Source: an uncultured virus (IMG/VR IMGVR_UViG_3300049571_000412)
Lineage: Duplodnaviria > Heunggongvirae > Uroviricota > Caudoviricetes
IMG/VR virus record: IMGVR_UViG_3300049571_000412
Length of the DNA stretch: 64,000 nt
Reading direction: 5' to 3' (one strand)
Positions 56,256 through 64,000 of this stretch are shown here, piece by piece. The number at the start of each line of letters is the position of its first letter. Positions within the stretch are counted from its first letter, which is position 1. Below the pieces are notes generated by a model. That model made no database searches. It was not told where the DNA came from and saw only the letters and a program-made list of their open reading frames with translations. Made by a program: the position numbers and the translations under genes.

Positions 56256-57230
56256 CTAGGCCGCGTCGACCCGTTCGGCGGTGCCGCCGATCGAGTAGCC
56301 GGTCAGTTCGCCCTTGACGATCTGCTGCCAGATGTCGGCGTCGGCGACGTGGCTGGCCATCACCCAGGAGCCCTTCAGGACCGGGCGGCCGTGGTATTCC
56401 ATGTCGGACGGGGCGATGAAGCTCTCGACCGGGACGGCGCCTGCGGCCTCCTCGGAATGCTGCACGTCCTGTAGGCGCGACTCGGCGAGGTAGCGGTGGG
56501 CGGCCTGTTCGATTTCCGCCGCGGTGACGATGTCGCCCTGTGAGTCGGCGACGTCCGGCTGCATAACGACGCCGTAGACGATCTGCGCCGCGTCGTCCTT
56601 CCACAGCTCGGTCGTGAAGGCCTTGTCGACCTTCTCGGTCTTCGTGGCTTTCGACGGCGCCGCGGCGGACCCGGCGTCGGCGCGCTTCTGGAAGAGGGTC
56701 TTGAGGCTGGGCATGTCGCTCCTGTCGTGGGCCTTCTTGCCGATGAGGGGGAAGTCGAGTCGTTCGCCGGCGACCACCAGGGAGAGCGCGTTGAAGGCCA
56801 GCGCCAGATTCGGCACCTGCGGCTCGGTGTGGTCGTAGGCGAGCGTGATGTGCGGGGTGAAGCCGTGGTCGGTCGACGGCCGGAAGCCGGCGCCGGTGAT
56901 CGCCTCACACACGCACTGGCGGAACTCGGGCAGCCCGGGCACGTCGGGCGACACGTAGGTGACCGGTTCGGGCCCGGCCGTGAAGTGGCCGATCCCTGCG
57001 ATCTCGCCGGTGAGCGGCGGCAGCGACGCAGCGCACCCGGCGACGACGGTGGCCAGCGCTTCGACATTGCCGAGGTCAACGGCCGCGCCGAGGAAGGCGA
57101 GCGTCAGGTGTAGCTCCTCGGCCGGTTCGCCGCCGGGCTGGGCGATCGCCTCGGCGACCTCGCGCGGCGGGTAGAGCGCGACCATCGCGCCCGTCTGCTG
57201 CTCGGCCTTGGTGAGGAAGGCCACGGTCAT
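56256..57230 (-). CDS. 2H phosphoesterase fused to XkdF-like prohead serine protease
   Basis: HLTL and HITL 2H motifs, then VYGVV.QPD..DSQGD...QH...VESF...GSW...GELTGYSIGG. Confidence 0.85.
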   Translation of the reverse strand: MTVAFLTKAEQQTGAMVALYPPREVAEAIAQPGGEPAEELHLTLAFLGAAVDLGNVEALATVVAGCAASLPPLTGEIAGIGHFTAGPEPVTYVSPDVPGLPEFRQCVCEAITGAGFRPSTDHGFTPHITLAYDHTEPQVPNLALAFNALSLVVAGERLDFPLIGKKAHDRSDMPSLKTLFQKRADAGSAAAPSKATKTEKVDKAFTTELWKDDAAQIVYGVVMQPDVADSQGDIVTAAEIEQAAHRYLAESRLQDVQHSEEAAGAVPVESFIAPSDMEYHGRPVLKGSWVMASHVADADIWQQIVKGELTGYSIGGTAERVDAA

Positions 57231-57682
57231 CCGATCAGCAGCGCCAGCGCCGCGACGACCGCGATATGCCACACCTGGTCGTTCCAGATCCGCACGTCGG
57301 CGCCGATGTCCATCAGAGGGAGGTGGCTCGGGTCCGGTTGCGTCTGCCGGATCAGCTTCGACCACGCCTGCACCGGCCAGCGCGTGTCGATGATCAGGTG
57401 GGTGATGCCTATGGCGAGAGCCCCGTACCAGGGGAAGACGAGGAGCTGGGCGGCGCCGTGGATTCCGGCGTGGACATATGCCGCCGGGTGGCGATCCCAC
57501 CACGGCCCTTCGCCGCGCATTGGCAGGAGGTATTCGTCGCCCGTCAGCGAGTTTTCGCTGTACACCGTGACGGCACGCGGGCGGCGCTTCATCTTGTTCA
57601 CCGCCATCCACTCGTTCTGGCCGAGCCAGTCGAAGACAAGGTGGACGACGACGCCCCAGATCAGCAGATCAGTCGCGCTCAT
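57227..57682 (-). CDS. DUF3307-like membrane protein
   Basis: HLVFDW..Q..WMA..K, HAGIH, HLIID and DQVWH. Confidence 0.75.
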   Translation of the reverse strand: MSATDLLIWGVVVHLVFDWLGQNEWMAVNKMKRRPRAVTVYSENSLTGDEYLLPMRGEGPWWDRHPAAYVHAGIHGAAQLLVFPWYGALAIGITHLIIDTRWPVQAWSKLIRQTQPDPSHLPLMDIGADVRIWNDQVWHIAVVAALALLIG

Positions 57683-59775
57683 GCGCCGCCTCCGAACACC
57701 GGGAGGAGCTGAAGCGTCCCCTGCGGGTGCTCCTTCGCCGCGATCTCCCGCGCCTCCTCGAAGCTGACCTTCTTGCCGTTCCGCGCTTTGCACTCGGCAT
57801 CGGAGGTCGCCAACAGACCGTCCATCAGCTCAACGCCGGTCACTTCCGGGTGGGCTTCGTAGGCCGCCAGCGAGGTCAGCCGCTGCGCATTCGCCGTCTC
57901 GGTGCGGGCGATCAACTGCGACCGGTAGGCCGACCCTGCCTTGTGGAACTTCCCGGCCGGGACGTAGCTGCGGATCCGGTCGGCGGCTTCCTTCCATCCC
58001 TCCTTGGCCTCCCGCGCGTCGGCGAGGGCCTTGAAGATGGAGTCCTGCAACTGGTCTTCGATGTCGAGCATGCCGACCCGCAGGCCCCCGTCGCGGAGGA
58101 TCTGCGCGCGCTTGGCGGCGGTCAGCTCCACCTCGGTCGAGCGCCCCTCGGCGCCGAGTGAGTCCTTGAAGGTGGAGATGACGCGTTCGGCGACCTTTCC
58201 GTAGTGGCCGAACCATTCACGGGCCAGCTTGCGGGCGAAGCCTGCGAGGCCGACCTGCGCGATGACGCTGCGCGCCGTGGTCCGGTCGTCGTCGGTTACC
58301 TCCTTGCGGACGGTCTGTTCATAGGCCCGCGCCGCCTCCTCGCCGAACTCGCGCAGGGCCTCCGATGAGGTCCGCGCCAACGATCGCTCCAGCAGGTGCC
58401 CGTCGGCGACATAGGCCCTGCCGAGCGCGGGCATGTCATCCACACCCGGCCCGGTGTCCGCCTTCTCCGCCTCCACGGCCGCCGGCGTCGGCAGGCCCGC
58501 TTCGCGGAAGAGCGCGGCGAGCAGGTCGTTGTCGGGCCAGATGACGGCACCCGAGAGCGCCATTCGTTCGAGCATCAGCGTCACCGCGTCGAGGTCCATC
58601 CGGCGGGTGGTGCCGTGGACCAGCTTGGGCGGATCCTCCACGCTGAACCCGTTCAGCTTCAGCAGGCGTGGGATCGCGTAGTTGTTCATCACCGCGGCGA
58701 TGCCGTCGAGCCAGGCGTCCACGGCGGCGCCGAAGATCTGCGACTTCACATCGAGCATCGAGTAGCTGCCGACCTTGTCCTGGCCGATCAGCAGCATGTC
58801 GGCGAGGATCGTGGTGGCGATGTCGAGTTTGTAGCGGCGGATCACCTGGTCGGTGTCGATCTGCCGTGACCCACCGGTGGTGGCGAGTTCGAACTCCCAC
58901 CCCGCCGGGATCAGCAGGCCCTCGTCCTCGTCGCGCTTCACCGTGGTGACGAGATCCTGCGCCGCATCGACGATCGCTTTGTTCGCCTCGGCCTGGAAGT
59001 CGAAGCCATCGGGGGCCTTCAACGTCGGGATACCCGCGAGGTCGCGCTCGATCCCGATCGCCTCGATCTCTTCGATCGTCTTCTTGCGGTACCACGCGAC
59101 GTAGGCGTTGCGGAGCATGGAGCGGCCTTCGGGATTGCCCTTGGTCGTCTCGGTGCGGAACAGCAGCGCCTTCTCCATCGGGATGGTCCGCAGCCCGCCG
59201 GTGGGCGGTAGTTGCTCCATCCCTTCGATGCCGCCGGTCTCATCGATCAGCCAGCGCGAGAGCGTCTCCTGCGCGCGGATCGGGAGCTTGCGCCAGCCGA
59301 TCTTGCCGTCGTTGAACTTCGAGGTCGGGAGGGGGCGGCCGTCAGGGCCTTTGCCCCTGGGTTCGGGCCCTTGGCGCTTCTTGTAGACGATCTCCGACAG
59401 CTCCCAGCCGTACTGGAGCATCGTCATGACCTCGGAGATGAAGTCCTCCCAGGTGCCGGACATGTCGTCCATGCACTCCTCGACGAACTCGGCGGCGGCG
59501 GGATCGGCTCCCTCCTCCACCGTCCATTCGACGCCGCGGGCGAGCATCTTCACCGCGAAGAGCAGCGCGCCGACCGTCGCGTCGTTGTCGGCCATCTCGC
59601 GCCAGACCCTGGCGGCGCGGCCCTGGCCGGCGAGCTGGCGCAGCCACTCCTCGGCGACGAAGCCGCCGTACTGGCGCAGGCCGGTGACGCCGAGCTCGGC
59701 GAAGGCCTCAGACGGCGCCTTGTAGACCGCCTGGCGCCGCTTCTGGACGAGGGACGGCATCACGCCGTCAGCCAC
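57679..59775 (-). CDS. Portal protein (DUF935-like) fused to MuF-like minor head domain
   Basis: GNPEGRSMLRNAY and IGIERDLAGIP; C-terminal IARTET...C..RNG...EHP.GT. Confidence 0.85.
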   Translation of the reverse strand: MADGVMPSLVQKRRQAVYKAPSEAFAELGVTGLRQYGGFVAEEWLRQLAGQGRAARVWREMADNDATVGALLFAVKMLARGVEWTVEEGADPAAAEFVEECMDDMSGTWEDFISEVMTMLQYGWELSEIVYKKRQGPEPRGKGPDGRPLPTSKFNDGKIGWRKLPIRAQETLSRWLIDETGGIEGMEQLPPTGGLRTIPMEKALLFRTETTKGNPEGRSMLRNAYVAWYRKKTIEEIEAIGIERDLAGIPTLKAPDGFDFQAEANKAIVDAAQDLVTTVKRDEDEGLLIPAGWEFELATTGGSRQIDTDQVIRRYKLDIATTILADMLLIGQDKVGSYSMLDVKSQIFGAAVDAWLDGIAAVMNNYAIPRLLKLNGFSVEDPPKLVHGTTRRMDLDAVTLMLERMALSGAVIWPDNDLLAALFREAGLPTPAAVEAEKADTGPGVDDMPALGRAYVADGHLLERSLARTSSEALREFGEEAARAYEQTVRKEVTDDDRTTARSVIAQVGLAGFARKLAREWFGHYGKVAERVISTFKDSLGAEGRSTEVELTAAKRAQILRDGGLRVGMLDIEDQLQDSIFKALADAREAKEGWKEAADRIRSYVPAGKFHKAGSAYRSQLIARTETANAQRLTSLAAYEAHPEVTGVELMDGLLATSDAECKARNGKKVSFEEAREIAAKEHPQGTLQLLPVFGGGA

Positions 59776-59893
59776 GTCGGGCCTCCTCGCGCTCACGTCG
59801 CGCGAGCCGCGTCCGCCGGCGCGCAGCCTTGGCCTCGTCGCGCTGATGGCGCGTGCGGTTGTCGGCGCGGGTGCGCTTGGCGTGGCGGGACAT
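59768..59893 (-). CDS. Small Arg-rich protein
   Basis: GGAGGA RBS; overlaps the portal start. Confidence 0.4.
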   Translation of the reverse strand: MSRHAKRTRADNRTRHQRDEAKAARRRTRLARREREEARRG

Positions 59894-59916
59894 GGTCCTC
59901 CGGTCGGTGTGGGGGT

Positions 59917-60123
59917 CTAGTGGCCGGGCGCCCGCTGGTGGCGGAGCGCTTCGGCCCACTCGGGGGAGATGCGGCGCGGCGGTGCGGGCTCGGTCCTCGC
60001 GGGCCCGGGCTTCGCCGCGGCGGCCCGGTCCATCTCGTCGATCAGGCGGCGGGTGCAGGCGCGGCACGAGCAGTTCGGGATCGCGAGGCCGGTGTGCAGG
60101 CACATCAGCCCGACCGCCATCAC
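59917..60123 (-). CDS. Small Cys-rich hypothetical protein
   Basis: Coupled ORF with CSCRAC. Confidence 0.45.
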   Translation of the reverse strand: MMAVGLMCLHTGLAIPNCSCRACTRRLIDEMDRAAAAKPGPARTEPAPPRRISPEWAEALRHQRAPGH

Positions 60124-60386
60124 GCCCCCACGTACTCGCGACGCTTCTCGGCCACCATCTCGGCGATGGGCGGCGTCTTCGAGTGGTCGCCGTCGCAGAC
60201 GAGGCGGAACCGCCCGGTCGGCAGTGAATCGTCCGGGCGGATAGGCACACCCCGGAAGTCATCCCAACCCAGGCGCTCGACCTCGAAGGGGTTCAGGAGG
60301 ATCGCGGTCAGGGGCGAGCCGCAGTTCCCGTTGTGCTGCACGACCGCCGCCTGGAGGGCGGCGAGGTTCTTGGCGGCGGCGCTCAC
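60120..60386 (-). CDS. Hypothetical protein
   Basis: Coupled ORF. Confidence 0.5.
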   Translation of the reverse strand: MSAAAKNLAALQAAVVQHNGNCGSPLTAILLNPFEVERLGWDDFRGVPIRPDDSLPTGRFRLVCDGDHSKTPPIAEMVAEKRREYVGA

Positions 60387-60621
60387 GCGGGCACCGGCGC
60401 CAGCGGGCCGCCGAAGTGGTGACGGGCGCGGTCGAGCAGGCGCCCGAGCGCTCCGCCGATTCGCCTGCGTGCTCCGTGCATCTCACCCTCCCTCGGGTCG
60501 AAGTATTCGCCGGGCGCCCTGACCCGCGGCTCCAGCAGGTCGCGCGCGCATGGAGTGGGTCGCTTCGTCCGCTGGCGCTCCACGCCGCGGCCCGGCCTGT
60601 GTGGGTATCTCGGTGAAGTTG

Positions 60622-62268
60622 TCAGCCCACCCCGCGGTGACGGCTCGCGCGCTTGCCGACTATCGGCGCGGTCACCGGTGGCCCCTGCAGGTAGGACATC
60701 GCCTGGCTCATCGCGTCCACCTGGTCGTCGTGCGCGCCGTTGGGGAAGACCGCATGCTCGTGCATCCATTCGTCGACGCGCGTCGGCTCGAACTCCAGGC
60801 GGCGGTGGTTGCCGGCGTCGTCGGTCCACTCGATCGGCGGCGGGCACGGGATGAACTCGGCGTCGGGCAGGTAGATGTTCCCGGCCTCGGCGATCGGTTC
60901 GGCGGCCGCGGCGCGGACCTCCTTGCCGCCTTCGGGCTCGACCGGGATGAGGCCGGTGATGGTCGCGCTCAGCGTGTCGATGACGGCCTTGCCGTTGGCC
61001 TTGGCCTCGACCAGCTTCGCGCCGGTGGTGATGAAGGAGTCGAGCGCCTGCACGGCGCGCAGCGATTCGGTGAAGCTGAGGCGTGCCCGCACCTGCGCCA
61101 GCAGGTAGCGGTCGGCGCCCTTCGCCGCCCACACCTGGCCGACGACGTAGGAGGACGACTCCGACTGCGACTCGCCGAAGCGCATGTCCCACGAGGCGAT
61201 CGTCTTCTCCAGGCGCATCGGCAGCGTCTCCTCGCGCCAGCGCTTCCACCAGTGCCGCTTGAACATCCCGCCTTCGGCCGGGGCCGGGCGCTGCTGTAGC
61301 TGCCCGGCGTAGCCGTAGGAGCCCTGTTCCTTCAGGAGCTCGGCAAGTTTCTCGTGGCCGAGGCGCACCGGCTCGAGCAGCTCGCCCTCGCCCTTGCGCC
61401 GGTCGCCCGCCAGCTCCCACCCGCTCGGCAGGGTGACGCTCTCGGGGTAGACGAACGGGTGCGACGGCTCGTAGGTGGCCGGAAGGCAGAGGTGGTGCCA
61501 GTCCCCGCGCTCCAGCAGGTAGCCGGTCAGGTCCTCCTCATGGAGGCGCTGCATCACGATCACCGCGGCGGCCCGGTCGTTGTTGAAGCGGGTGGACATC
61601 GTCCCCGACCACCAGGTGTTCGCGTGCTCGCGCTTCGCGTCAGAGCGGGACTGGTCGGCGGAGAGGGCGTCGTCGACGACGATCCGGTCGCCACCCTCAC
61701 CGGTGGCCATCGCGTCGACCGAGGTGGCGAGGCGGAATCCCGTCTCGGTGTTCTCGTATTTCCCCTTCGCGTTCTGGTCGGAGGTCAGCGTCCACGGCTC
61801 CGGCTGCAGCAGGCGCAGGACGCCCTGGTAGCCGATGCGCTGGAAGATCGTCCCCTCCTCGCGCCCGCCCTTCGATTCGATCAGGCGCCGCATCTTCAGC
61901 GAGTCGCGGAGACTCAGTTCCGAAGCGTAGGTGGCGAAGAGCCAGCGGAGCGAGGGGTGCTTCAGCCAGTCCCATGAGGGCCAGAAGACCGCGGTCGTCA
62001 GGCTCTTCATCGCCCGCGGCGGGATGTTGATGATCAGGCGGCGCAGCTCCCCGGCCGAGACGGCTTCGAGATGCTCGGCCATCACGTCCACATGCCAGCC
62101 GTCCACGAAGGGGGTGGCGGGCTCCAGGATCGGCCACGCCTCGCGGATGCAGGTGCCGAGGTTGGCGGCACAGGCCTGCGCCAGCGCGCGGTCCTCGTCG
62201 GGCGGCGGGTCGAAGATGTCGGCCGCGACGGCGAACGCGTCGGGCGGCTCAGTTCCTCCCAGCAGCAT
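60622..62268 (-). CDS. terL: Terminase large subunit
   Basis: INIPPRAMKS, TGEGGD..VVDD, MQRLHEEDL, QQRP, SWD and FPNGAHDDQVDA. Confidence 0.93.
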   Translation of the reverse strand: MLLGGTEPPDAFAVAADIFDPPPDEDRALAQACAANLGTCIREAWPILEPATPFVDGWHVDVMAEHLEAVSAGELRRLIINIPPRAMKSLTTAVFWPSWDWLKHPSLRWLFATYASELSLRDSLKMRRLIESKGGREEGTIFQRIGYQGVLRLLQPEPWTLTSDQNAKGKYENTETGFRLATSVDAMATGEGGDRIVVDDALSADQSRSDAKREHANTWWSGTMSTRFNNDRAAAVIVMQRLHEEDLTGYLLERGDWHHLCLPATYEPSHPFVYPESVTLPSGWELAGDRRKGEGELLEPVRLGHEKLAELLKEQGSYGYAGQLQQRPAPAEGGMFKRHWWKRWREETLPMRLEKTIASWDMRFGESQSESSSYVVGQVWAAKGADRYLLAQVRARLSFTESLRAVQALDSFITTGAKLVEAKANGKAVIDTLSATITGLIPVEPEGGKEVRAAAAEPIAEAGNIYLPDAEFIPCPPPIEWTDDAGNHRRLEFEPTRVDEWMHEHAVFPNGAHDDQVDAMSQAMSYLQGPPVTAPIVGKRASRHRGVG

Positions 62269-62563
62269 CGCGGGCCTCTTGACGTTCGGCGTGTTCGATC
62301 ATCTCGACGGCCTCGCGCATCTCGGTGGTCCAGGGCACGAGCGTGAACGTGCCATCGTCGTCCGGCTCAGCGGCGCCGGTCCCGAGTCCTTCGACCTGCG
62401 CGGTCCGCCAGCGTCCGCCTTTGCGAGAGGGCTTGACGGAGAGGACAAGCCAGCACGATCCGGTCGTCTCCCGGATGACGATGTCGCCCTCTTCGGGAAA
62501 TGCCTCATCGGGCCATTCGAACCAGAGCCAGCGGTGGACGAGGCCCGGGATGCAGCCCCTCAT
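62249..62563 (-). CDS. Hypothetical protein between the terminase subunits
   Basis: ATGA coupling. Confidence 0.5.
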   Translation of the reverse strand: MRGCIPGLVHRWLWFEWPDEAFPEEGDIVIRETTGSCWLVLSVKPSRKGGRWRTAQVEGLGTGAAEPDDDGTFTLVPWTTEMREAVEMIEHAERQEARDAAGRN

Positions 62564-63207
62564 GCCGTCAGTTCCCGCCCCGCACTCGACATGCGCATCA
62601 GGTGCTTGCGGACGACTTCGGGGGCACGAGGGTCGTCGGCGACGTCGAGGTCGACGAGGATGCCCTTGACCGCCTCGGCCATGAGGCTGCCCTGCGCTTC
62701 GGCCACCCGCACCCGTCGCTCCTCGAGGCCGGCGGCGATCGCCACCTTGGAGTAGCTGACGAGGCGGTCCATCGCCTTGGCGCGGACTTCGATCCAGATG
62801 TGGAGGGCGGGCGGTCCCTTGGTGGTCTCGACGACGCGCTCGCTCAGGGACTCGGCGCCCTTTTCTTCCTTCAGCGGGCGGTCGACGACGGTCGTCACGG
62901 GCCCGACCGCGTCCTCGGGCTGGAGTTCGGCGATGCGCTCGGAGGCGTAGGCGACTTCGCCGCCGGTGATGCGGATGCACTCCAGCAGGGCGACTTCCGG
63001 GGTCAGGTTCTCCAGCGGGGCGCCCATCACCGCGGCCTCGCGGCGGGCGAGCTGGACGGCGCCGGTGACTTCGGCCTGCGGGGAGGCGCCGCCGTGCTGA
63101 CGGCAACGGCCGATGCCCTTATGGCTCGTGCCCCAGCCTGCCGTCCTGCCACAGGGCTCGCCCTGACGGTTCTCGGCGCCGCAGTACTTGGGGTCGGCCG
63201 GTTCCAT
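62560..63207 (-). CDS. Terminase small subunit candidate (HGG-motif)
   Basis: CGA..RQG..C...G.GRC..HGG; lies upstream of terL. Confidence 0.65.
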   Translation of the reverse strand: MEPADPKYCGAENRQGEPCGRTAGWGTSHKGIGRCRQHGGASPQAEVTGAVQLARREAAVMGAPLENLTPEVALLECIRITGGEVAYASERIAELQPEDAVGPVTTVVDRPLKEEKGAESLSERVVETTKGPPALHIWIEVRAKAMDRLVSYSKVAIAAGLEERRVRVAEAQGSLMAEAVKGILVDLDVADDPRAPEVVRKHLMRMSSAGRELTA

Positions 63208-63212
63208 GAGGT

Positions 63213-63650
63213 TCAGCCGTGCTGCCGGATGACGGCGGTCCCTTTCGGCAGGGTCGCCAACCCGGGGCCGTCGGGGCCAGCGACGATGCCGCCTCTCGCG
63301 TAGTCCCCATCCAGCCCACGCCGACTAGGCGTCAGCGCCCGACCGGTGTTGGCCTCCACGGCTACGGCCCTGTCGTCCCAGAGCTCGACCATGTCGAAGT
63401 CCTTGACGCACGTCGCGGGGAGTGGGGTGCCGATGTGCTCGCGGGTCCACTCCCGGATCGCGTCGGCCACCTCGTCCCCGCCCTCGAACATCCTGGCGGT
63501 GAAGATGCGCACCTGTCGACCTTCGTCCAGCCAGCGCCTGACGCGGTCGACCATGGCGGGGATGGGGGCGCCGATGGTGGTCGGTCCCTCCCACTGGTCG
63601 TACTCGGCGAGGGTGCCGTCGAGGTCCACTCCGATCCAGCCGGGGTTCAT
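63213..63650 (-). CDS. HAD-superfamily phosphatase-like protein
   Basis: IGVDLDGTLA, IFTAR and K...WDDRA. Confidence 0.8.
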   Translation of the reverse strand: MNPGWIGVDLDGTLAEYDQWEGPTTIGAPIPAMVDRVRRWLDEGRQVRIFTARMFEGGDEVADAIREWTREHIGTPLPATCVKDFDMVELWDDRAVAVEANTGRALTPSRRGLDGDYARGGIVAGPDGPGLATLPKGTAVIRQHG

Positions 63651-63904
63651 CCGTCAGCCCCGCGCGCCAAGTCGAGCACTGCCTTGACCTCGGCAAGCGC
63701 CTCGCCGTCGACCTCGATGCTCTGCGGCATCAGCGTCAGGACGGTCGAGTTGATCTCGCCGACCCCCACTGCCAACTCCACCTTGGTGGTGAAGTCCGAG
63801 ATGTCGTGGCCGTCGAGGATGACCTGCGCTCCTTCGCCGGTCGGGCCGTTCGTCTTGATCTCCAGCTTGCCGAGGCTCATGCGAAGCTCCAGCGCGCCAC
63901 CCAC
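63647..63904 (-). CDS. Hypothetical protein
   Basis: ORF overlapping the HAD gene start; start uncertain. Confidence 0.45.
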   Translation of the reverse strand: MGGALELRMSLGKLEIKTNGPTGEGAQVILDGHDISDFTTKVELAVGVGEINSTVLTLMPQSIEVDGEALAEVKAVLDLARGADG

Positions 63905-64000
63905 GGGCCGTCTTTCGGGCCGGGCGTGGAGCGCACCACCACGCCTTCGCCGCGCAGCCGGTTGAGGATCCGGACCACCCGTGAGCAGTCGGTGCGTCCG

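Larger units (their letters stand above)
3895..64000. mobile_element. Siphovirus-like prophage integrated at tRNA-Val; right end outside the window
   Basis: Integrase adjacent to the tRNA, plus replication, repressor, lysis, tail, capsid, portal and terminase modules. Confidence 0.95.

Noticed and set aside
63904..64000. Right prophage boundary (second att site)
   Set aside because: No copy of the tRNA 3' end was noticed; phage-like sequence continues to the window edge.

Overview
High-GC actinobacterial DNA; the host is probably Thermoleophilia/Solirubrobacterales-like (inference only). Bases 1-3.9 kb are host chromosome: acetolactate decarboxylase, a large Alu-domain SRP RNA, a CPA2 antiporter, a secreted protein and tRNA-Val(CAC). 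From the tRNA to the window end (>60 kb, right end not reached) is a siphovirus-like prophage encoded almost entirely on the minus strand. Left to right it carries a tyrosine integrase and excisionase, then a long early operon (mini-genes, an XF1762-family protein, two DNA methyltransferases, two helicases, HNH nucleases, replication and recombination genes). After that come an RHH/XRE switch with visible operators, a regulatory island, a three-hydrolase lysis cassette, and the tail, neck, head, portal and terminase genes. Most notable: (1) an early mini-gene region stitched together by short exact repeats and shared peptide modules; (2) a 19-codon peptide ORF with a near-perfect, structurally sequestered RBS, divergent from a winged-HTH regulator next to the switch; (3) a papain-like lysis protein with rearranged catalytic segments; (4) a 2H phosphoesterase fused to the prohead protease; (5) a +1 tail-chaperone frameshift candidate; (6) several leaderless morons. 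All calls come from reading motifs by eye; no database searches were run.
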